Source: a virus. From it: 64,000 nucleotides of DNA. The notes beneath the pieces are model-generated. The model had not been told where the DNA came from. It made no database searches and saw only the letters and a program-made list of their open reading frames with translations. Position numbers and translations under genes: made by a program. This document shows positions 45,903 through 57,900 of the stretch, piece after piece (the stretch's first letter is position 1; the number at the start of each line of letters is the position of its first letter). Where the stretch lies: IMG/VR virus record IMGVR_UViG_3300009104_001476; one strand, given 5' to 3'.

Positions 45903-48900
45903 ATGGCAGAATCCGCATCAGTAAGAGTAAGGGCAGAGTTAGACTCGCGCCCCGCAGAGAAAACCTTGGCCCGCTTTGTAAAAAAAGCGGAAAGTGTTGA
46001 TGTAAGGCTGTCTTTAAAAGACAAGAACTTTACTCAGCCTCTCGGAAGAATTACCGGAGCCGCTGACGAGTTCAATAAATCTCTCGCTGCTTCGAACGCT
46101 CGCGTCGTAGCTTTCGCGGCCTCAGCTGGGTTAATGTATTCCGTCCAAAGAGCTTTAGTCTCTGTTACTAAATCAGCCATTGAGGTGGAGGCAGCCTTGG
46201 CTGATATCAATGTTATCCTTGGAGCTTCCTCTACAAATCTTGCTAAATTTGGAGATCAATTATTTAAAATAGCAGGGCAAACTGGTCAAGCTTTTCAAAC
46301 AGTTACCGTGGCCGCTACTGAATTGGCTCGTCAGGGTTTATCGATGGAGGAAACCCTCAGGCGAACTAAAGATGCCATGATCCTGACTAGATTGGCCGGT
46401 ATGGATGCGGCTTCAGCCGTAGACGCCTTAACGGCCTCAATCAACTCATTCAACAAAGCGGCTATCACGTCTACCGAAATAGTAAACAAAATGGCTACAG
46501 TCGATGCGGCCTTTGCGGTAAGTACAAACGATTTAGCGGACGCCTTAAAACGCGTAGGTAGTAGCGCTATTGACGCGGGAGTTAGTTTCGACCAGTTGAT
46601 GGCTATGACTACATCAGTGCAACAGATTACTGCTCGTGGTGGCGCAGTTATCGGTAACTCATTAAAGTCTATCTTCACCCGCATTCAAAGAACCGAGGTT
46701 TTGGATCAACTGCAAATGTTGGGCGTGGCAGTAAGAGACATGAAAGGAAATACTTTACCAGCTATCCAAATCATGACCCAATTGGCTAAAACTATAGATA
46801 GTTTAAGCTCTGCTCAAAAAGCTAACATTACAGAATTAATGGGTGGCGTCTTCCAAATCAACGTAGTTAAAGCTGCTCTCGGTGATTTAGGTAAGGAATA
46901 TTCTATTTATCAAAACGCTTTAAAAGTTTCTACAGACGCAACCGACGCAGCGACTAAAAGAAATGAAAAGTTAAATGAAACTCTATCTGCTTTAGTAAAT
47001 AAAACTTTCCAGAACGTTAAGAAAGCAGGCGCGGAGATCGGCAAATTAACTATCGCTCCAGCCTTGGAGGGGGTGCTAGATAAAGTAAATAGTGCGCTGG
47101 AAAAATTCGACCCGAAAGATTCAGAAAGCACTGGTAATAAAATTGCTCGAGGAATTCTGGAAGGCATAGGTAACTTCATTAAGGGACCCGGGTTAATTAT
47201 TGGTTTAGCTGTCATAGGAAAACTTCTTCAACAATTCGGTAAATTTGCTAGCGACTCATTCAAAGAGTTCTTTAATATCAACGAAGCAGCGAAAAAAAGA
47301 CTCGCTATGGAGAAGTTTATTAATCAAGAACTATCTCACAACGAAGATTTAACACAAGCTATATTATCGGGAGAACTGAAAGTTGCTGATGCAGAAAAAA
47401 TTATATTAAAAGGTTTAGAAGCTCGAGTTCTCCAGCAGGAGAAATTAAATAGGTTGATCAAGGAGGCTTCTTACGGGCTGAGCCGTAGAGGGGCTCATGC
47501 GGCATTGGTTGATCCGACAGAAGGAACTTACGCAGTTAAGCCTCCTAAAAGGTCTGGTGGCCATGTCCCGAATTTTTCTCAGATAGATATTCAGGCTTTA
47601 GTTAAAGAAGAGTTAACGTCTGCAAGCTATGCAAAATCAGGCACGAAAGCTGTAATTGATACCTTACCCGGTTTAGGACTCCATGTAAGAAATACCGAAG
47701 AGAGCATATCTTACGCTCCGGGTATGAGGTCTCCTTTTATCAATCCCCCAATTGATAGTCCCGAAGGAAGAACTCATAGAGAAAAATCAATACGGCAGAC
47801 TGGTATAGACCCTTATCAATTATCATCGAGTTCAGGGCTTCCGGGTTTTGCCAAGGCTAACAAAAAAAAGCCTACCCCAAAAATAAAAGACTTAAGATCT
47901 AGTAATAAATCAAAAGGCGTACTTCTCCCAGAGTTTGGCAGGAACGACACGAACTTAACGTTTCAATCAAGTCTAGCTCAAGTCTTTCCTGACACTAAGA
48001 GCCTAGAGAGGCAGAAATGGGCAGAAAAGGGCTTTACCGGTTTTAAGATGACTGGTGTAAAAGCTGCTAGATTAAGAGAAAAATCTTCAGCCTCTTTCGA
48101 CACCTTGTTAGATTCCAATTTCGACCCCGCGATACAAGGCTTGGGTTCATCTATAGTAGGAACCAATAAGGGTAAACTTCCTAAAAAGACCACCGGAAAA
48201 TTTTCTGATTACTTTGATAAAAAAGCTTGGCCTCAAACTAAAGGTCGAATCTTCGAAGCGGCTTTAAATTATGTTGCAGTTAACATGTCTGCAAAAGCTC
48301 AAATGAACAACAGGCTTGCAGAGATTAAAAATCTTACTGGAGGAGAAACTTGGGATTTCCCAGATATAAAAAATCAATTGGCGTCTTTATATAAGATTCA
48401 GCCGGCGGGGAACTGGGACGCTAAGTCGAACATTGACCAAGGGACTCAAGCCTCTATTATCAAGAAAACTTTGAATACTAAATATCAAGGTAAAACTATT
48501 CCAAATAAATCTGCCGGATCTATTCCTAACTTCAGCCTAGGCCAAAAAGTTATGGGCATAAATACTATTCAGGCAAAAAACGCGATAGAAAGATTTAGAT
48601 CTGGAGAAATTTCGCAAGCGCAAGGATTAGTTACTCAGATTAATTCTTCCAGAAGTTTATCTTCAGCAGAAAAGAGCACATTGAAAGAGGAGATCAATGC
48701 TATTAGACGTCAAAAGAAAAACGCAAAGAATCCTAAAGGCCTAACTATCGATGGGACTAATTTAGGGAGCATGCTAGTTCCAAGAGTCGGCTCTTCTCAG
48801 GGAACCGGTTTAGCTAAGCCTAAAATAGATAAAGACAATACCTTGCTCCGTCAATATCTTTCGAAAAATTACCAAGCGAAAACTGGATTAAATTTTGACA

Positions 48901-51900
48901 AGCTCCCTGAAGAAGCGAAAAAGAAAGTCATAAGCTCAACGAAAGCTTCATTTCCTGTTTTGGCTCCTTCTCGAGGCAACAACGTCAACATTGTCGATGA
49001 TGTAGCCACCGCGATAGAAAAAGAAACTAGAAGCTTCGTAGCAAGCATGAAAGGCGGGAGTGAAGCCAAAAAAGCAAACGTACTAAACAACTTAAGCACT
49101 CATCAGAGTAGTATCAGCTCCGCTGCTGGAGCAGTATTTGAGTCAGGAATTAAATCAGCTTTTGATTTAGAAATTGGGAAAACAAATGATAGGTTCGATG
49201 TCTCGACCTCTGCAGGTCTTAAGGAGGCTTTTCCAATTGAAACCCCTTATGGAGAATTTAAAATAGATGATAATAGCCCATTGAGACAAGACATGGCCGC
49301 AAAGATTTTGAGGCAAAAAATACAAATGGGTATAGCTTCCGGGGGGCATGTGCCAAACTTCGCATCTCCCCAATCTTTGACAACGCCGCCTCCGCCGTAC
49401 ACACGTGAAGAGACCGAGAGATTAATCAAGCTCTGGACCAGCGGCAAAGCAAATCGTTTTGATCCAAACGATTTGTGGGAATCCATGCCTAGGAACAGAA
49501 GAGGCCCCGAGGTAGACCCAATTACGGGGTTACCTGTAAGCCTCAAAAGTCCTACTCACTCAGCCCGTTTGCAAAGGGGCTATCAGGGGAATCCCGCCTT
49601 TGGGTTTGGACTCAGCCCTTGGTCCGGGGGGGCTGTCGAACCAAGAGTAAATCCGAGAACGGGCTTGCCTTATGCTGGGGGTTTTATTCCTAGTTTTAGC
49701 AAAAAAGATACAAACAGAATGAGAGAGTCTAAACAGGCGGGAGTGCCTTATTCTCAGACTTACCTCAGCTTCGTTGATACGTCGAAATACGCTGGCCCTG
49801 TGATAGGGAACAGAAAGGATGAACCAACCTACCAAGCCCTGATAAAAGCCGTTAGAAGCCATCCTGACCCCAAGAATGCAGGTATGGCAGCGGGTGGATA
49901 CATCCCGAGTTTTGCTGATGCTGCAGATGCCCCCGCCCCTCTACCGATAAAGAAGATGAATCTAGATGATCTTGGTTCTGAACCTCTGAAAAGGGTTAAA
50001 ACGCTAGAGTCTAAATTGAAAGGCTTTGTAGCGAGGTTAGAAAAAATGAACGAAACTACGGGCGGCTTAAGCCCAGAAGTAAATGAAGCTGTAGAAGAAG
50101 CAAAAGGAGCCCTTTCATTTGTTCAGAAGACTGGGAAAAAGTTAGGAGAGCTTGGTGGTAAAATTCAAGAGCTAGAAGATGAACTGAAGCCGTTGGAAAC
50201 TGATCTTGACGAAGCTAACCTGTCAATTCAGGGAAGCAATACTCATCTTGAGGGCTTACGCGGCGAGCTTGAACAATTTAAAGCCGAGTTGGGTCAAACG
50301 GAAGACGGAGTAACTCTCGCGAGAGAAGATTTGAAAGCATCTAATAATGCTATATCAAGCTTACCCAATCTGGAGGATGGGTATAAAAATTTAAAAACAA
50401 AGGAAGAGGAAAAGCTCCAAGAACTAAGAGCCGCAGAACAAGCTGCTGGAAAACAAGAAAGAAAAAATCTGGTTAATAAGAGAGCTGTGATCCAAGGGGA
50501 CTTTGACGAAGAGGGAATGCGCCACGGTCAACCTGATAGAGTGGGGTACACAAAAAGCGTTTTAGGAGAATTAGGAGCAAACGCTGGCCAAGCAGGAGGT
50601 AGGAGTTCGATAAAGACCTTAACGGAGGGGGTTGGAGCTAGCAAGACGGGTCAACTAGATTTAAAGGCTCAAGATGCTCTTGCGATAACTTTACAAAAGC
50701 AAAGAAACGCCGCAATCATGGGGCAACATGACGAAGCACAGAAGATAGAAGATGAATTCAGGCTTACTCATAAAATCTCAGAAAAACATACGCATACCCA
50801 AGATGCTTTAGATAAAGTTTTTCAGAAAAATTTAGACGCCGGCACAACCATAGGTAACAAGGCCGAGGAAGAAGCAGCCCTGTGGGATAAAACAACACAA
50901 GCCAAGAAGGCTGAGTATGAGACTGCCAAAGACAAGACAAAATTAGCTGAAGGTGAATATAAAGAAGCGAAGAGGCTGAAGGGCTTGCGCGGTAAAAGAG
51001 AAAAAGCTTTAGATAAAGCAACAAGAGCGGAAGAGAAAGCGGCTGATCAGGTAACATTGACTAATCGTAAGATATCAGAAGGAAATCAAGAGCGGGATAA
51101 GCAAAAACGTAAACAAAAAGATATAAATAATAAAATTGATAAAGTCAACAAGGAGTTGGATGATGAGGTAAAAGCACAGGCGGCAAAAACAAAAGAAGTT
51201 GAGGAAGGCGTAGATAAGGCAAAAAAAGTTAACGATTCCACGGGCAAAGTTGAGAAAGGACTACAAAAAGAAGCTGAGGGTCGTAAAAATCAAAGCTTCG
51301 GAGCAGGATCATACAATCCGTGGTCTCAGCAAGGGAAAAGATATAAATCTCTAAAGGTTGCTGCTGGTGGAGATACGGATGCACTTGCCGCTCTTGGACT
51401 GACTCAAGGGCAAGCTCAGGGTGAATTAGCTGGAGCTAAAGAACAAAGACAACAAGCCATACAAGGTAAAGCTATGTTGGCTTCAATGGCGTTGCCGATG
51501 GTAACGAGCATGGCTGCTCAACATTTTGAAGAAGGTACTGAAGAAGGCGCGCGCGGCAAGGCGGGGGCGGAGGCAATCGGACAGGCAGGCTCTATGGCTG
51601 CTATGGGTGCGATGTTTGGACCTTGGGGTGCAGCTGCAGGTGCCGTTGTCGGAGCAACAATGGGGATTATAGACGTTTTAGGCAAGTGGGAAGATAAAAC
51701 TTATGAATTTAATACCGCTGCGGAAACAGCAGAGGAGAAATTGACTAAATTCAATAACGCTTCACAAACTTATTTAAAGTCTCTTACTGAATTCAACGAA
51801 GTAATGACTTCTACATCTGGTGAAATTGACGGAAATAAAGCTGACAAATTTAGAAAAAATCTTAGCGAAGCTTTACTAAGTATTCCAAGTGAATACAGAT

Positions 51901-54900
51901 TCCAACTTAGCAAGGCTCAAGGTAATGTAGAAAGGATTCAAGAGATCTTTGCAGAAATTCAAGCAGACTTGCAAAGAGACGCGAATACCAGAAGAGCTCA
52001 AGCGGACTTAGCCACAGAGATAGAAGAAAGAATACCTAGAGGCAAAGGGAAGATGTTTAAAGGAAAGGAGAGTGATAGCGATCAGAAAAAAGTTTTCGAA
52101 ATGATCAAGAGTACTTTAGACATGAGTAGGTTTTACGGAGAGGAAGGGGAAAAGCTCGGAGCTAAATTAAGAAACGCTTCTAAAAAAATAGCTAGCGATT
52201 TTAGTGGCTTTAAGGCCGTTTTAAAAGAGGCTGGCGCAGACGCAAAAACCTTAGAATTGCTAGACGATATGCTTGAAGGTGGCGCGTCGAATATAACGCT
52301 GTTAGGTGATGAATTTGAAAACTTTGGTTCAGACGCCGCTCTCGCTTCTAGAGCAGGAGATAATTTAACCTCTTCAATACTCGCTTATAGAAGAAGAATG
52401 GAGGCGGTCAAAGAAGAACAGGATAGATGGAACTCTATAATGGACGAATCTAAAGAACGAGTTAAAAGACTCGCGTCTGTATTGCTCGACAGATTAAAAT
52501 TCATAGACAACATGAGGAATCAGCGGGCCGCCCATGCTAGAGGCATGGCCATGACCGAAATAAAAGGCAGACAACAGGTAGCTCAACCGTTTATAGATAA
52601 TATACAAAAGGTAGACTTAGGAGCTTCGGTTCAACGAGCCGATATGCAAAATAAACAGGTGAACTCTTTAGAAAAACTTAATAGCTCTATTAAGATAGGT
52701 TTAATCGGCACTATAAATGATAAATTTGAAAAACTAACGACTTCTACTGAAAGGATAACTGAAAACGCAAGTGAAGACCAGAACCTTACAAATAACGAGC
52801 TACAAAAACAAAATAAAACTTTAACAGGATACAGAGACGCTTTAATTAAAGCTGTAACGTCAGCTTCAGGTGGCGGGGACACGTTTCACGAAATAGCCGC
52901 CTCAATGAAAGAAATCATAAAGAAAGCAGAAGTAACGGGTTCTGCGCGCGCCGCATTGGAAAGCGATTTATTAGCCGTCGTAGAAAAAGGAAATCATGAC
53001 TTGGCGTTAATGAGTGATGCTCACAAGAATGAACTAGAAACACAAAGACTAAGCGCTCAGTACCAAAAAGAGACTGCTATAAACACAAAGCAAATGGCCC
53101 AATTAGGAACTATTGGAGGAATGATGGCCGGGCCAGACTTTTCAAAGATTAATAAAGTGTTTGAAGATGCAGCTTTAAGCTCTTTTAGAGCAAACTCTGA
53201 TCAAGAAGGAAGCAGGAGCTCTCTAAATATCTTAGATTTATTAAGAAATTTTGCTGGAACATCAGGAGCAGCTTTACCGGCTTCAATGAGAGCAAACGCT
53301 GTGGAGGGGGTAAAAAGTAACCTTTCCACTAAAGTAGCTAGAATCCGATCAGGTATGGAAAGTACCGGGCAAATGACTCCGGAGCTACAAGAAGAACTTG
53401 ACCAGTTAAATAATAACCTAGACGAAATAGCAGAAACTAAAGTCGCCGCCCAGCTAAAAGATGTTCCGACTCACTTGCAAACCATTGCGGACAAAATTAG
53501 CAGTCTAACAGATAAAACCGTAAATGAAGCCTCTATGGAGCAAGCTGTTGCGGCGGCACTAACATCGGTCATGGGCGGTTCTTCTAAGCATATAGTTGAT
53601 CCTTTAGTAAGAATAGAATCTATACTTAACTTCCAGAGGGGAATTAACGAAATTAAACAAGTACAGAACAACGTAGCTGATGCGTTAAAGGCTCAACAAC
53701 AACTAGCTGGAAATATAGAAACGAGTATGAGTGAAGTGGGAAGTATGGCGATAGACTTGGCTAAGAATGTACCCGACTCTATTTTAGACGCCACTGTAGG
53801 AATGAATATTAAACAAATTCGAGGTCTTATAGATAACGAAGGACAAGGTTTTACGCAAGATGCGGAGGGGCTTGCTAAACAGAAAGGTGCCCTTCAGAAG
53901 TTAATGAACGTGGTGATCAAGTTAGACGGCACAATAACGAGGGGTAAGGTTTTCGATACTGACTGGGGGCTAAATTCGCCCGATCTTGTCGCTGAAAGGG
54001 AGGACGCTAAAATTATAGGTGGAAATACAAGTGCGATAAGTAGAACGGGGCAAGGGTCGATGCTTCATAAACAGATAGTAGATTTAAAGGCGAATCAAGA
54101 GAAGTTTGAAAGTGACACGCGTTCAGGTAAGTATGACGAAGCCTTTAATGAGGGGATGAACCTTACAAAAATATCAGCTCTGAAACGGCACATGTACGGC
54201 GCGGGCCCCATATCGGATGTCATCAGGATTACGAAGGAGCATTTAAGGATGAACAAAGAGTTCGGGTTTAAAGGGCCGGGAGAGGGACCCCGAGTCGATC
54301 ATCAGCTTATCGAGAAATTTATTAATAAACTTGTAACATCCTCGGCTTCACTAAAGGGCGATGAGAAACTCGATTTCGGTGCCGTATGGGGTTTACTAAG
54401 GGAAGCAGATCAGGAATGGGTAAATCAAAAAGGTCCAAGATACGGGATGGCTTTTAATCAGAGTGACGGAGGGAACCTCACTAATCAAAAGAAGGTTGTA
54501 AATGCTGCGCTGCTGGCTTTAGCTACGTATGCTGAGAATCAGAAGTCTGGAGCTAGCATAGATCACTCTGGGTCGTGGTCAGATCAATCTGGGCGAAGGA
54601 AGACGGTAAGGGAAGAAGTAAGAAATCAAATGAACGCGACCATGCAAGGACTTCAGCAGAGAGCCGATGATCCGCTACAAACGGGTAGAAAACATCAAGT
54701 GCTACCCACTTTCGATCAATTAACGGGAGAGGGGGGGTTGCTAGATAAGCAACTAGTTAAGAACCAAGAAGTGGAAAGTGCTCAAGCGGAAATGCGCAGA
54801 TTAATGGCCCAGTTGACAAAACGCTCAACGGCTGAGCAAGTCAATATGATGAGGGACCGTTATGCTGGAGAGATGAGACAGAGAGAAGGTAAAATGGGCG

Positions 54901-57900
54901 CTATAGTTACTGGACTAGGCATAGGACCGGGCGCAAAGGATGAGGTGATGGACAAATTAAAGAAGGCGAGCTCGGTTGAAGAGGTGACAAAAATCATAAA
55001 AGACGCGGATGGAGAAGTCTCAGATAAACAAAAAGTCACTCTAGAGCAACTTGAAGGCGAAATACAAGAACATAAAGCTCAGAAAAAAGTCTTAGAAGAA
55101 ATTACGGCCATTTATAATCGGAAAAAGGCTACCGCTGCCGCCGCCGCGGCTGAAGAAGAAGAAAAACTGAAAGTAGAAAGAAAAGCTCTAGAAAAGGAAG
55201 CAAGCGGTAAGATCGGCCAAGCTCTAGAGCTAAAAACTCCCGAAGCGAAAAGAGCATTCAATAAAGAGATTAGAAATATGGATTGGAAAAAGCTTTCTGA
55301 GCTAAATACATATTTCGATGAACAGGAAGCAGGCGTTTTACACGCACTGTATCCGGGCTCGAAGGACCTAGAGGAAGCTTTATCTCCTACAGGAGGCTTA
55401 CTCGGAGAAGGGAGTGCGGCTAAGAGGAAAACAGTCAAAGAGATGATGGCGGAGAGAACAAGGCAAGCCGCAGGAAGAACTGCGAATTTATTTGGAGATA
55501 ATATATTTAGTTACGATGCAGAACTTCAAAAGGCTGGCTTTAAGGAAAGATATACAAATCCAATGCTTCCCGGACAGAATAATGCTTTTAAAAATGCAAA
55601 AATAGATGACCCGTTTCAAATCCGCGCTGGAGCAGAAGTCACTTTCATGGATGACAAGGGTATTATAGAAAGCATTAGAGACAGATACGCTACAATTGGA
55701 GTTGGCGCTCAAGAGGCTAAAGCCCTTACGCAAGACGTGGCCAAGAAAGTTATTAAGGGGAGATTGGAAGCCTTCAAACTATTTAAAAATTCAGACTTAA
55801 GTTATAGTCAATATATAGTTAAGTTAGCGGGAGCTGAACTGGAAATGTTTAGAACAGATGCTGCATCCGGGAAAATAAGCCAAGCAGACTTAGCCGGTAA
55901 GTTAAAGGCTCAAGTAGATAAAGAGTTAGGAGAAGGGTTAAATGTCGATCATTTATTCGCTCAGTACTTGCACGCCAACATGTCCATGAATAAGAAAGAC
56001 TATGATAATTTAGCTCGCACAGTTGCAGAGTCAATGGCTTCAGGATTGATGGGACATAAAGGCGGTGGAATTCATTCTGCTCAATTAGTTCAAGATAAGA
56101 GTAAAAAAATCGTAGACCGTGTGAAGGGCCTTGAATTAGGTAAAAGTCAAACAACGGCTTATACTAATGCTCTAGGAACATTCGAAACATTCCAAATGAA
56201 TTTTAACCTAGGCTTAGGGGGCAGAGCACAGATGCTTGCTGCTTTAAATACGAAACTTCAATCTGCTCTTCAGAACACTAGGGGAACAGATGGCGAGATA
56301 GAAAAAGCTTACGATGAATACATAGAAGCTTTAACTACTGGCTTAAGGCCTCAAGATAAAATTATGGAACGTAAGGGCATAATGGATTCTACGGGTAAGA
56401 AGGTGGGGAGAGATCAGATAAAAACTTTAGATTCGAAAGTTGAAAGTATAGTAAACAAATACGAAGGTCAGGCCGCGGCTGGCCTGATAACAGAGGAAGG
56501 CCGGACAACTCTACAAAATGCTGAAAGCATACTTGAGGCTACAAAGCTAGCTAACGAAAAAGACTTAGTCTCTACGGCCGCTATGACCACCGCAAGAAAG
56601 AATTTTTTAGACGCCTTACTTAAGCATGGATCAGATCAGACGGCGGTTGCTGATGCTTATAGGAATTACGCCGCGTCTGTGGCCGCTAAATTTAAACCGC
56701 AAGATTTAACCGGTATTAGCGCACAAGTTACGGGGCAATTTGGTCAAGAAATGATGGGACCAGACGCAGGCACTTTTGGCGCAACCTCGCAAGCTATAAC
56801 CGAGAAGTATAATAAGGCGTTCGGGAAGGGACAAATATCGAAAGCAGCAGTACCAAGATTAGCAAAAGCCGAAGGGGCGCTCAAAGCTGCTGAAAGTAAA
56901 GCTAAAGCAGGAGTCTTAACTGCGGAACAATTAACGGGCGCTTATTTGAAATTTCTAAATACTCTCAATTCTGAAACTAATAAGCTTACTGAGGTTCAAG
57001 CGGCTTATGAGAAATATACAGCGAGCTTAGGTGAGAAAAAGGGCGGGAAGGATTTGGTCACAAGCAGAACCAAAGTCCTTGAGGCTACGAGAAAAGGCGC
57101 CACAAGAGGCGGTCAAGCTGGATTAGTTGAGGAAGTCGAGTCAATAACCAAAGCCAATCAGAGACTTTTCAATAGAGGAAAATTAACCGGTGAAAGCTTA
57201 GAAGCTTTAAATAAAGCAGAAAGTCAGTATCATAATGCTCAAACCAATTGGGCAAACGGTTTATCGAGCACTGCGGCGTTGATGGCTGCAGCATCTAAGA
57301 ATCTTCAAGCGGCTGTCGCTTCCGGCAACACTGGTAAAATAAAAAAAGCATTAAATGAATACATATCGAAATTAGATACAGAGCTTAAGCCTCAAGACTA
57401 TCTTGAAAAAGCTGGTAAATTCATTCAAAAAAATCAAAACAAAGTAGGAAAAGGTAATAGAGAAGACTTCGCTAAGGATTTGAAAAAAACATCAGACAAG
57501 TACGAAAAGTTAGTTGATGAAGGGTTATTGACCGAGCAGGATGGTCAAATTATTTCTCAAGCTTTAGCAGACTTTGGCGCAGCTCAACAAAACTTCAAAG
57601 ACGGTTTGATTTCTCAATCGCAACTTTTGAAAAGTGCTGAAAATCAATTATCAAAAATCTCTGGCACAAGCGGAAGCGCTGAAATCAAAAAAGCCATGAA
57701 AGACTATATGAAGGCGTCAACTGAGCCTATCGACGCCTTGTCCACCTTACAAGAGACCGGCAAAGATCTGGGGTCCTTGGGCGGGGGGATACTGGGTAAA
57801 GATCTGGGCAAATTCAAAAAGCAACTTCAAGGCATAAACCAGTCTTACAACGACTCGGTCAATGATGGTACCCTTACTAGACAAAACGCTAAGACTTTAA

